In this document: positions 1 to 12,703 of the stretch, one piece after another
How positions within the stretch are numbered: position 1 is the first letter of the stretch
How the letters are laid out: every line of letters starts with the position of its first letter
From: Paramecium tetraurelia
Lineage: Eukaryota
Direction: 5' to 3'
Assembly (NCBI GenBank): GCA_000165425.1
Contig: CT868629.1
Coordinates: 124,001 to 188,000 of the forward strand
DNA: 64,000 nucleotides
Translations under genes and position numbers: made by a program
The notes under the pieces: model-generated
Databases searched by the model: none
Seen by the model: only the letters and a program-made list of their open reading frames with translations
Told to the model about the DNA's origin: nothing

Positions 1-520
1 TGGAAGTAATTTTTGTCATTTAAATTTATTAAAGGAGAAAATATACAAAACTCATATTTGTGACAATTTGCCAAATGGAACCACTAACGAGGCCTTGCCT
101 GCATAATATGTCAAAGGAACTTAAATCCATAATTATTCTGTGGATCCCAATTGTTAGGCTGCCAATTTCATTCAATCGAAAGCCTGGAGTACTGACAGCG
201 ATGACAAAGCCATAGTGACTAACCCCAGAATCGCTGATTCTGTTAAATAGATTCAACTCCAGAATCACACTAATAGAAATCTACATGTTATCTTAGAAAT
301 CAAAGGTGAACCCAATCCTTGCCATTACATTCCCAAATCAAAAATCCAATCACTTATGAGTTCTAAGAGTTCGACCACAATGTTCACAGCAATTAAACAC
401 AATTGTACTTAAGAATTCCCGCCTCTGCAATTGACATTAGTGCATAAAAAATAAGAACCTAGACAAGACTCTTACCTATATTTATCGTCTTAGGATGAAA
501 TGAATTTGGAATTATTATGA
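1..520 (+). CDS. 3' part of a hypothetical protein (truncated by the window edge)
   Basis: After a probable short intron near the window start, the frame EKIYKTHICDNLPNG...QDEMNLELL stays open to TGA at 518-520 under the ciliate code; no family recognised. Confidence 0.65.
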
Positions 521-631
521 TATATATATAAAAAATATATATAATATGATTTGAATCAAGATTATTTGTACTGATTGAATAAGGAGTATAAAATATATTA
601 AATTTCGTTTGTTTAATGATGTACAAAAGTG

Positions 632-743
632 GGGGGGTCTTTCGACCTCTAAAAATTTATGTAAGTCACCGGTATGAGCCCAACCCACGGTAATCTTTAG
701 TAAAAGGCGAAAAATTAGCACGTTATAGGGTGAGCTCGGTGAT
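632..743 (-). ncRNA. U5: U5 spliceosomal snRNA
   Basis: Minus strand reads AUCACCGAGCUCACCC...UUUCGCCUUUUACUAAAGAUUACCGUGGGUUGGGCUCAUACCGGUGAC...AAUUUUUAG-AGGUCGAAAGACC: invariant loop 1 GCCUUUUAC, complementary stem I arms, Sm site and a 3' GAAA-tetraloop hairpin. Confidence 0.95.
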
Positions 744-797
744 GAATGACTTATATATTAATTGTAATTTTCTTAAATATTAAATCAAATTTTATAG

Positions 798-810
798 TTT
801 TATGGGTTTT
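798..810 (-). promoter_or_regulatory. Ciliate snRNA upstream sequence element (USE)
   Basis: AAAACCCATAAAA on the minus strand about 55 nt upstream of the U5 5' end; matches the ACCCATAAA-type USE known from Tetrahymena/Paramecium snRNA and telomerase RNA genes. Confidence 0.75.
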
Positions 811-836
811 AATTAAATATATATATAAATTAAATT

Positions 837-3800
837 TCAAACTACATAATTTCTTCCTTCCCTTTTTTTTTATTGTTTTCCTTTATAGAAATTGTGTGAT
901 TCAGTACCAACACTTTCCTCGTAAGAAGAAACACTAAATCTGCAGCGATGTGGCTTTTGTTTAGTTATAACATGAAAACCATTAATTTACTATTCAAAAT
1001 CGATAAGAGAATCAGTCATATAACTTCTACTGTTTTCGTTGATATTTGAGGAATCAAGCATGGGATTTTGCAAATTCTTCTATTCAGCTGCCTCAAAATC
1101 CACAAAGTTAAAAGCTTGTTAGGTTTATTTTTTCAAGGCGGACTTACCCCTAACAGATTAATTCTGACTGTATTCGCGATGAGTGGATTAAGGAAGGTAG
1201 ATCACAGGACATTAATTGGGACTGTCATCGGTTTCATCCTAAAACTTAAGTTTCCTCTGTCCTCTGACTGTAATGTATTTAGTAGCTTCCAATTGTATAT
1301 ACTATTCATAATTCTCCTATTCCAAAGACACTTAATGCTGACAACCCTCCATCTATTAGTTAGTATCATTATATTCACTCTCCTCTTCACTATCATAGAC
1401 AAAATACTTCTTTTTGAGACTATTAGGAGAAAGGATATTATTCTATATCTTGGCAATTGTTTTGATGGCATAAGTTCTGAGAGTTCGGTATATCATCAAC
1501 AAAAAGAGATACTCCTAGAGAATATTGAAGTTCCCTTTGATGTGCATCTAGTCATAGATATGTTCCCTTCTATCGAGGATATCCTTAGAAATATTACTAA
1601 ATTTAATACTATTCTTTTGTAATGTAATCTGAAACGTACGTCTTTGTCGATTTGTTTAATAGCCTCTATGCTTTCAGGTGTTCCTGTTCTGAAGATTTAG
1701 TTTCTATACACAAATCGAATGGTTTCATAGAGAACCTCTTAAAAGTGGATGTACCCATTCTGATCCGCTCTAATTTTGAAATTGGAGGCACTTTTGGCTG
1801 CATCCCAAATGTTGTCTCCAATGGCTGACCCTAGAGGAGGTCCTAGTTCTAGTAAAAAGTTAGCTAGATGTTTGGAGTGCATCTATTTTCCTTTGGTTTC
1901 AGATGAGTACTTACACCAAACTGTTCTGAAGGGATCGATGTTTTCGATATACGTTTACAAAACACTATTTTGAGAATGGAAAAACTCTTAATAATACTAA
2001 ATATTAAGTACTTTCGAATTGATCAACCAATGCTGTAATGAATAGATTAAAAGCTACAAAACTAGATAACAGGAGAAATGTATAAAAGTAAGTACTTGCG
2101 AATATCCAACTGGATCCACATTCCTCTGATTCATGTTCTTGACAATGCTTATTCCTGTCTGATACGTCAATCATCACTCTTACCCAATTGTTTTTAGTAC
2201 ATGCTTTAAATAACACAATTAGGGCCTTTCCAATATTTGAAAAATTCATATACTCATTAATGTATTCTCCCTTCTCTACCTTACCAAAGAATTCGCAACC
2301 TATATAACCATAGAACAAGAGTATTGAGATCAAAAAACAAAGAATCTGGAATAAGAAGGATGCTGAATAATTCAAAATTCTTAGTAATCTTGTCAATCCT
2401 CTGAATTATTAGATGATGAGAAGAGTTCTCAGGTTTCTCAATGCAAATGCTAATCTCACAAAAATGAAATAATATTCATTTATTGTGTAATAATAATAAT
2501 ACTTCGTCCAATCATAACTTAAATACATGATTAAGTCTACTAGGGCAATAAAACTCAAAAAGAATTCGATTCTTCTCCAGCTAAATCCCCAATACCTTCT
2601 CAATCCAAAAGCGAGAATTTTCAAATAGGTATCAAAAATCAAAAAACACGTCAGCAATTGATAAATGTACTCTAATTTCTATTACATTTGAATGGTTGCA
2701 GAATCATAAAAGAAAGTTAGAATTGCTAATCATATGATATTCAACATTACCTGTATTAAATAATATGGTCAATAGAATTAATCTTTCATAGGATGGCTAT
2801 TTAACAATGTCTGATGCCAGTCTTCTCAAAAACGTATTTGGAGGATTACTATAATTGGGCACCTCCATTAGAATCATCTTTGTAACATCTGCGAATAATT
2901 GCTGATCTTTGGTCAATATTTACTTCTGCAAAATAAGTTTATAAGTTTGAAAATTGATAAATAGAATTCCTGCAAAAAATCCCATGAAGAATAAAACTCC
3001 CACTAGAATGAATAGAATAAAATAAATAAATGTTATCCATCTATTCCCATAAAGAATTGGACCCAAATCTTCACTTCTTGAATTCAAACACACCTAACAA
3101 ATGTATACCCATTCATCACATGCCGTTATTCTGAATAAAGTCAACATGGCATTCCCTAGATTGTCAAAATTATAGAGATGAATAACCCAAGGGTTCCCTT
3201 CCTTAATGCATTCTTCCTTGTTGACTCCAAAATTTAACGGATGTTCACAATATCCCATTTTATCTTTGTATATTATTATTCCAAATATTGCAAAAATCAA
3301 CCACACCATCAATTGAACAAATAGAATGTTTATCAAATCTACTATAGACTTTGATATCGCACTATTTATATACTTTAACTCTTCGAACAAATACAAAAAT
3401 CTAAATGGTCTCGTGTATTTCAATATCTTAACATACTTAAAGGCTGAATAGTGGAGAATACAATTTGCAAAATAGCATAACTGATATATGAAATCTATTA
3501 ATCTCCAAAATTCACTTGTAAATGCTCCTTTCTCCTGAGTAAACCCAAGTGAGATTATTTTCAATATAGAATCAATCAATAAAATAACATTTACTGCTGA
3601 TTCTATATCTTCAGAAATCACTTAATATTGATGATTGCCATGTTCATGATCATCATCGTAGTAGGTATAAAAACACATGTTTATCAATGATATAAAAAAT
3701 ATCATCTAAATAAAATGAATGTAAATTGAATAATGGATAAATCGATAACAGAATTTCCTAAAATAGTTTTCTTGGCTAAATATGAACAAAGATAATTGAC

Positions 3801-6800
3801 TCTCATTATTTGAAAAAAATTAAAAATCTTAGAATAATTTATCCACCAATTTATTAATGGTATCCACTAATTAAAATAATTGTTTCTTGTCCTCTCCAGG
3901 TTTACTTTAATAGTAAAATCTGGTCAACTTTGTACTCTATAGCATTTTTGTACTCACAATTTGGTCTTCCATCAAACCCTTTTCCTTTTATTCACTTTAT
4001 AGAGGCTGCTATTATTCTTCTTTTTCGGAACTAATCGAACTGTTTAATGTGACTTCATTTGTATTCAAAATCTTTAAATCCTCCGAAATTTCAGTATCAA
4101 CTTAATATTAATCATCCTTATGCTAGTCTTCATCATGATTAGAGAATGTTGAAAATGCATCTAAAATAATTGCTAAAATCGATCCAATTGTCATCAGATT
4201 TAACACATAGACTGAAATAACCCCGTAAAACATTGTTGGTATTTCATAACTATACTGAGATCCCATAATCATCATTCCTATCCAATCATCATTAGCTGCT
4301 CTTATAAAGACAGTTAAAAAGGCAGCCTGGATGTCATCAAAAGATTAGGATAATCCAAGATCTGTGTCTAGTGGAAATTTATTTTTATATAAATTCATTC
4401 CTATGAAGGCAAATATAAACATCAAAGTAACCATCAATAATATCAAATTACAAAATGATGGGAGTGATTTCTTAGTGATCTTCGCTATTTTGACAGCAAA
4501 TGAATTATATTTAATTATTCTATACACCAAGAATGTTTAGAATGAACTCAATAAATCAAGATATAAATTCTCCTCTTCCAAATTCTACATCACCTCTACT
4601 GAGGTTATGAAAGCACAAGTTAAAATAACTGTATCAATTATATTAGTAGTTAAAGAGCAAAATCGAATTATTCCACATTACAATAATTTTAAAAGTAGTT
4701 CAGCTATCAAAATCAAAATAAACAAATCATTTATTTTCTTTATCCTTTACTCATCTACATAACCAATCAAACTTAATAGTAGAATATTAGTTAGAACTAC
4801 TGAGTCGAAAAACACTTTTACGAATTTATTCTTCAAAATTATCATAGCATACTTTTATATTAAAATCAAATAACCACGTAAATTTGCTAACCAAATGTTA
4901 GTATCTTAGTTATTTAATAGTTTAAACAACAACTTCTTGAACTAAACAATATTTTTTGAGTATATGACTTCATTCCCTGACCAATTGTGCCTATAAATAA
5001 TTGATTGTCTGCATTCTTCCATTCTGAATTATACATAAATATCTTCAAAATCAAGAGGCTATTTTGATGAATCAGGAATCTATCTATTGATTCTATATTT
5101 GACTTCCTCGTAATCGCATTCCTCATCATTTATTTTTATTGTATTCTTTTTCTTGGTAATTACAGTAGTCGTTTTTCTAATTGATTTTCTGTTAGGATCG
5201 TCATTAATAAGAACTTATTCAGGATTTAAACATTAAGATGGGGATTCATCTTTCTACCTAAGACTGATTTTTTGACTAATAAAATTCTTTTTGAATTCTT
5301 ATTATAACGGAGTTAAGGGCTTCTTGGGTTTCTATTTTATAGGAAATTTTATTCTTCTCTAAGACAAACTTTTGGTTTCTGAGTTGCCCCTTCTGGTTTC
5401 ACTGAGATGGTTTTGTTGTTTGACAAAGGAATATTCTGATTTTTTAATGAAATAGTAATGTCTCAAAGCAAATTTCCTTATAAATTCAAATTCTCTTTCC
5501 CTCTTTCTCTGTAATTATTAATTTTACTTAAAGACACTGAAGATATCATTTTCTGATGTACTAATAAATACGAAATTCTTATTGACCACACTCCTCCAAG
5601 AATGCAATGGATACTACTTAAAGGTTTGTATATAAAATAGTTTGAAGTAATCTTTCTCCAAGCCTTCATTTGAATATAGTTTCTACATAAATTGCTCCTT
5701 ATTCTAATCCGACAGTATTATGTTGCTTATGGTAAAGTTTTCAATTAAATTATGAATATTGCTGGTCCTGGGTTTGATTCCTCTCTTTCTATTTTTAATT
5801 TCCTCCCATTCTCTAGTTTAACGAGCAGATAAAAATTTACATTTATAGTTGAGTACCTTTGGCGGGATCCCATAAAGATTAGTCTTTATTTAAGTCTGCT
5901 ATTCATCTTTGACTTTGTTACATGTAATTTGTTTCTTATTCTCCAATAGATCTTGGTCTATTTAATAGTTTTTGATGATTCTGAGATTCAGGATGGTATC
6001 TTCATTCTCAGAGTTTTCTTTGATTTCTTCGAACTCATATTCTTCCAAAGTTTGTGAATAGTAGATTTTGAGAACAGCGATAATGAGATTGGCTCCGAAG
6101 ATCCCAATAATGAAAATAATCAGTATATAGTATATCACTGTGAAATCATGAAATGAGAGCATCGATAAATACAGTGGTTCTGTCCATTCATTGAAAATCA
6201 TGACTCTGACGACCTATTCATAGGAGTAGAAGATGTCGTCAAAATTGGTGGGCACATTGGGATTAGATAAGGATTTGGCGCATATTAATTCATGTTCCTT
6301 ACATTGCAAATTATAGCCACACTCTTCCTTTGTCTGAATCCCCTCTTCAGCAATGTAACAATGATATTGAAACAAACCCTTAAATAGATGCTAACCAAAG
6401 AGGGCAAAAAAGTATGAGAATATGATAACGATAAGTAGGGCTTCGAGTAAGAATTTGATTGAGTGTTTAACTGCAATCAGCATTATTCTCAATCTCTTAC
6501 TGAAAATACTCATTACAGTAAGCAGTCGAAATAATCTTGCTGTTGAGAAATCGACAACCATAATGTCAGGATAATTGAAATGTAGTATGAATAGTACAAG
6601 GATGATGAGATCAAATAAGTTTTATAGATCCCAAATATATTTAAATAATCCTAAACCAATTAGTTTTAATACATTTTCTACTATGAATAAAATGAGTATA
6701 ACTAAAATATAAAATCTTCTTTACTTTTCTTTTTACTCCTGAGATCATCTTAGACATCTTGACTTAAGGTTTCATCTTGACTTTAGACAAAAAATACAAT

Positions 6801-8256
6801 ATTGAATATAATTGACCCAAGTACAAAAATAGTGAATAAATGATGGCTAATAATTTTATAAAGGCTGATATTGATTATCCTTACAACAAGAACAATAGAC
6901 TTTCTGATTTCACTTAAAGGGTAATCATCCCAATAAAATTTGTAATCATTGAAAATCCACTCAAAATCTTGCTTGCTTTCCCAAATCAAAGGGTAGGGAT
7001 CATAGATTGGATCTCTCTTGTATTTTTTTTGGTATTTGAAGATTTGACGATCCCATTAAGAAGTAGGATCTCTGAGAGTCTAAGTATTATTCATTTGAGG
7101 TTGTTCATAATTCTATTCATCCTCTTCGTCTTCAACAATCTCAGATGATGAGTTTTATGACTATTGGATTGAATCGTAATTATCATTCAATTCTAATTGG
7201 AAATCATCCATCAACCTTTTCATTTTATCGCTAATTGGTTTTTGATTAGACTTTTTCGTGAATACGTTTTCCATGATTGATGTCACATTGATATTGGATT
7301 GATTCTTTACAATTTACGACTCATGAGCCTTGTTGCCAAAAAACACAGACTCGTTTTGAGCGATGGAATATAAACTAACTTGATCTCCGTCGTTTTTTTT
7401 AGGATTTTCACTTCCATAATATTGATTGAATAGAGAGATAAAGGTTTTCCTCACCTTTTGTTTTATTCTTGGTGCCCCATTGGGATTCAAATCCACACAT
7501 TGCTTCTCCAACTCCTCAATTATTTAGGTGTATTGAGCTTACTCCTAATCAGGCACTCCCACTCTGTCCAATATCTTCACTAAACTCTACATCTCTTGAT
7601 TTTCAGATGATCCCACAAACTTTGAGGATGCAATAGAATTTTCTTTTCTAAATCGCGTTGACTGTTTTATTTAAGCCAAACTATGAAGATTTTGAGACAT
7701 TTATTTCATGCTCTTGAAACTTTTGGTGGTCTACTTGAGTTAACTCTTCTAACTTCCTTTCAACACTGATATTTCCTTTTATTGTTTGCTTATATAAATA
7801 ATCTCAATACCTAATGGTTGACATACGTTAATTTAAAGTCTTGTGTATGAACTCCATTTCTTCATCGATCTCCTTATCAATGTTTTTCGGATCTACAAAA
7901 GCCTTTAATTATTTGCTGATTCTGGATTTACTAGATGATCGACTATCCGATGAAAATGACTCATCTTAAAACAGGTCCTAATACTCCCTAAGTAGTTTGT
8001 CTCTCTTTTTATTCGACATATTGCTATTGATGGTGGATTTTCTTTTATCATTCCTGCTCACTACAGATAATCTTGAACCCGTATTCCTTGTAATTTTTTA
8101 TAAAGAAGGAATCAATTAACTGTTCCTGCTCTCTCCTCTCTATAAAGTTCGAATGGGAGTGACCTCTGGACTATTTAAAACATTTTTTTTTTATATTCCA
8201 AACTAATCATCCAACCCCTAATTTCTCCTGTCAGATTAAACTGCATTTCTCAGCAT
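837..8256 (-). CDS. Four-domain voltage-gated Ca2+/Na+ channel-like alpha subunit
   Basis: ATG at 8256 (MLRNAVQSDRR), 22-nt intron at 7789-7810, four 6-TM repeats with pore helices (NFDDIFYS..IFNEW, SFDDIQAAFLTVF..ANDDW, NFDNLGNAMLTLFRITACDEW, NFSNIGKALIVLFKACTKNNW), post-S6 C-terminal region including LGPPLG, TGA at 837. Confidence 0.9.
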
Positions 8257-8488
8257 TATTATTATTAATAATAATTTGAAATATAATTGTACTCAATGAA
8301 ATCTTCTAAATTTAGGTTACGTTAACTGTGGACATGCCATTCTTGAGTTTAACTATTGATGTTATTTCCAATTCATTATAATAAATTGATTTGCTCAGAA
8401 TAATATTTAAACCGTAAAAAATGAAGTGTGCAGATTCGGAATTGGCAATTTCATAAAATTTTCATTTTAATTATTTTAACAGTTAGTC

Positions 8489-9796
8489 ATGAACAAAGCA
8501 TTTCAGAGAAGTAATCATTAATCACTATAACAGAGCACTCGGACAATAGTATTCTCAAAGGCAAAACACAGCATAACACTCAACAGCGAAGTCCCTTAAG
8601 TACCAAAGAAAATGATCACAAATTCAAATATCCTGAAGTTATTCGCAGAAAAGAATCAAAACCTTTGCAAGTGCAAACCAACTAATCAGACATGAGATCA
8701 CCAAGCGCTTAATCCACATAGTCTCCCATCAATAGTATTAAATTTAATCTATTCCCAAGAGAGCATTCTCATTACTCATCGATCTCAATCAATGTTCTAA
8801 GATGCTTAATACATTGATTATATTATCACTAACAAAGAAGTGAATTAATTTCTTAAAAAACACTTCCTACATGAACATATGCATACAAATAGTTCCAGAT
8901 AAACAAATACTAAATTGATTTGTGATTCCTGGGATAAAGTGCCTGTCACCTATTTTATAAAAGCCTTATTTGATGAGTACCCTGAAATCATAGAGGATCA
9001 TCATTTGAATGAAAAGTTGAACATCAAATTGAAAACACTCATAAAAGACTTGATTTCTGAAGATGGACAACTCTTATCATTGAACAAACTATAAATCCAT
9101 ACTCGTCATTTAGGATTGCTGGGATTGTTACTGACTGCTCTCAGAGACATTCAAGATGCACCGACTGTGAATCATAATACTCCCCATAATTAATCTATTT
9201 CACATGAATAGGAAGTCTCTACTGCAACTTAGTAATAATAATAATAATACTAATCCAAATTTCATAAGATGGCTTCAGAAATAACATCATCAGCCGAAAA
9301 TAGAATAAATGAATTGGTAAATTTGAAATTGCAACAATTCACAATCAAACAAAAGGAATTGGAAAAATAAATACAATAATTAAAATAGAAGGCCACTGAG
9401 AACTTTGATCTATTCCAACATGAAGCCAAAAACAAATAAGTGATCAACAATCTAACCTAATAGTTACAATAGAAAGATCTAATCATAGCAGATCTAGAAT
9501 AAAAACTCATTAAGAAATGGATGAACTCATCCTTAGAAGAGGAAATGCATTCAACCAAAATTGCATAACCAAAGGCATCACCAATCAAAATTTAGAGTCC
9601 AAGCCAATCTCCCTTTAATGACAGCAATCAATACTTATAAAGAATGATTAATAATCTATGCACTGTCTGGGATCTAGGGTGTGTCAATGAGGATTACAGA
9701 TTTGCTCAAATACTAACAGCATAAGAAAACAATCAAATGCCTTATTAACATTTTCAATTAATTCCGATTATCAAAAACAATCCCTGGCTTCAATGA
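8489..9796 (+). CDS. Hypothetical coiled-coil protein
   Basis: MNKAFQR start, two short GT-AG introns near 8511 and 8735 restore the frame, Q/E/K-rich heptads in the C-terminal half, TGA at 9794-9796. Confidence 0.65.
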
Positions 9797-9854
9797 TTTT
9801 ATTTTTAAATCACAAAATAACAATCACATCATCACCAATTTTATTTAGAATTGC

Positions 9855-10766
9855 ATGAATAATGATAACAATGTCATCTTAGATTTGTATTATGAAATTA
9901 TCACTCTACTTCCTAATTTTAAAATTAGTGACCAAGATCACTATTTAATAAATGTAATGCAATTATTTCTAAAACTAACCGTTTCAATTTTGTAGATAAA
10001 AACCGTGTTCAGTATAAGCAAACTAAAAGAATGGGGTTCCATCAAGAGACAACTCACTGAATAACAGAACTAATTCATCAAGAATTTAATTACTTAGATA
10101 GTCCAAATTAATCAATACAGTATTAAGTAGGTGCCCCAATCAAAATTATGGAATCAGCAATAGATTTATCATGACTAGTACATGTCGGAGTATAACAACA
10201 AATTGATTGAGAATCAAGTTATTAACAACACTTTGAGAAAACAACTAAATTAGATACACAACAAGCAGAATACAAGGTTGTCTCTCATTATTAGGATTAT
10301 TCAATGCTTCTATTACAATGATGTTGAAGAATTAATTGGTCTAATGCAATCGATTCAAGGGGAAACAGATGTGGACATCTATTTATCCAAACTCATACTT
10401 GATTGCGATTGCATCAACCTAATACTGTTCCCTAGTTTGTTCAATCCCAAATTTGTTCTTAAATCAATCACAAACCTACTTTAATTTAAGTGTCCTGGCT
10501 AATTCTATTTATTATATACAAAGTAAGTGTGCTAAATTAGAAATATCGATATATTGATCGAATTATTGACCAAAATGCATAACACTATGAATTCGGATGT
10601 TGTTATTAAATTATGGGATGTACTCGGAGCTATTGCTAAGAGTACTGTCTTAAAAGAATGTAAAGAAGGTCTTCAATTTGTAATAAGATTATATTCGAAT
10701 TCTCATCAAGCCACAATATTACATAATATATAATAAGTATAAAAAAATTTAGCAATCCCAATCTGA
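9855..10766 (+). CDS. Hypothetical helical protein
   Basis: Uninterrupted frame MNNDNNVILDLYYE...NLAIPI* under the ciliate code; includes ORF-track fragment 10278-10484. Confidence 0.65.
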
Positions 10767-10806
10767 TTTTATTTTCAAATATTATTATTAAATATATTAC
10801 AATAAA

Positions 10807-11940
10807 ATGAGTATTTTGAATTAACACTAAAGTGTATTTCCCCATCTCTTGACCATCATCGACAGCATGAGGGTCTACCATGAATCAAAATTGTGGAAGC
10901 AACTCAGCGATTAATTGTTGATCTACATCAAGGATCCTCAAGTCAATTAAGGAACTCATTTGAAAGATCTTTTTGAGGGATTTGTTAAGAAGTTTTATCA
11001 AGAGATTGACGAGATGAAATTAGTGCGTTTCCTCATTAAGGCTGCAGAATAATACGGAGATTTTTAGAGCAGAATTGATTTCCTCAAATAATTTAAATTG
11101 GATGAACAACCCCAATTAGTCATTGACATTTTGATAGCCTTCTTCAAACTCCAATAGGGCAAATTGTAGGAAGTGGATGAATTATTGAAATAATACAAAC
11201 AAGCAAGTGAAAAATAGTAAGAAGTCGATCCACTTGTTTATTCAATGCTCTACTATTTGGCATACAATTTCTACAAAATCAAGAATGTCTATGAGGAATT
11301 CTACGTGAATGCCCTATAATACCTAGCATACACTAACGATTAGGATATGTTACAAGAACAAAAGGTGCAACTCTCCTATGAAATGGCACTAGCAGTTTTG
11401 ATTTCACCAAACATCTATAACTTTAGTGAATTGTTGCAATAACCAGTATTAGTTAGCTTAAAAGAAAGTTCCCAATACAATTGGGTCTATCAATTGTTGG
11501 ATATCTTTAATAGGGGAAGCGTGAGTGAATTGAAGAATTTCCAATGGAATGAGGAGAGAAAAGGAGTCATACCAAATTTCCTAATCCTGAATGAAAAGAT
11601 TAGAATCATGGCATTTCTTGAATTGGCTTTCTCTTTGCCTAAAAATAACAGGGTTTGCACTTTTGAGGAATTGGCCTAGGTGTCAGAGTTACCCTTAAGT
11701 GACATCGAAAGATTAGTGATGAGGACAATCAGTAAAGGGTTGGTCAAAGGAAGAATTAATTAAGTATAAATATAGTATTAACGATGATAGGTAAAGTAAA
11801 CAATCACAATTTCCTACGTTGTTCCAAGAGTATTGACTTTGGATAAAATTGAGATTATTAATAAGAAATTCGGAAATTGGGAGAAATCATTGAATGTCTT
11901 CCTTAAAGAAGTTGAGGATGTGAGGAAGACATTTAATTGA
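10807..11940 (+). CDS. RPN9: 26S proteasome lid subunit Rpn9/PSMD13 (PCI domain)
   Basis: N-terminal KLWKQL motif, EFYVNALQYLAY, ISPNIYNFSELLQQPV, C-terminal LVMRTISKGLVKGRINQV and VVPRVL; 27-nt intron at 11764-11790. Confidence 0.92.
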
Positions 11941-12048
11941 CATATATCAATATATAAATTCAATTAATTATTTCACAATTATGTATTTTTGATAATATTA
12001 AGTTAATTATTTAGATGTATAAATATATATAAAAAATAGTTGAAATAG

Positions 12049-12620
12049 TCAGATTTTAAATTTAGGTTTAAGTGAAACCTTCTTTGTCATATATACACCA
12101 ATATTCTCTTTATCATGTCCTGGAACTTATAATGAATAGCTTTTATTTCTCAAGGGTTGTTTGGTTATTAATTCGATTGAATAGTTTTGTTTCTTTTTTA
12201 GGGGAGTACATGTTTGGAGGGGATCACTGAGATTGTTTGAGACTTATTGCAGTTTTTCTTTGAGATCCTCATTTGTAACATTTAATTATTTTATTTTGTT
12301 TTAATTCTCTGAATGAATCATCTTAAGAACTGATACTTCTTATGCATAACTATCCAATTTCTTAGAGAGAAATCTTTCAAATTAGAACAATTGTGTATTG
12401 ATTTTAGAGATTGCTTGATTTTAATCTAATTTTTGTGTGATTTCACGAATGACCCATGAGCACAATTATTTATACTCAATTAGGACAGATTCAATTAGAT
12501 TTTCACAATGATAAGATTTTTTGGATAGACAATTTTATTGAGAACCACCACTTAAAAGTAGGAAATCACATATACTTGCAAGGTACTCTCAGGGGAGTAA
12601 TCGATTATTCGGATTTACAT
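12049..12620 (-). CDS. Hypothetical protein with coiled-coil stretch
   Basis: Open frame MQIRIIDYSPES...LKPKFKI* under the ciliate code; start uncertain (alternative ATG at 12673). Confidence 0.5.
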
Positions 12621-12703
12621 GTTGCTCTGCAATTATTTGAGATACTGGAAATACTAGAAATAGCTGTTTTCATATTATTCGTTAAAATAATTAATAAAAA
12701 TAA

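Noticed and set aside
515..721. 68-aa minus-strand ORF from the track
   Set aside because: Overlaps the U5 snRNA gene and an AT-rich spacer; a chance ORF
1068..1622. 184-aa plus-strand ORF, the longest in the track
   Set aside because: Antisense shadow of the channel C-terminal region
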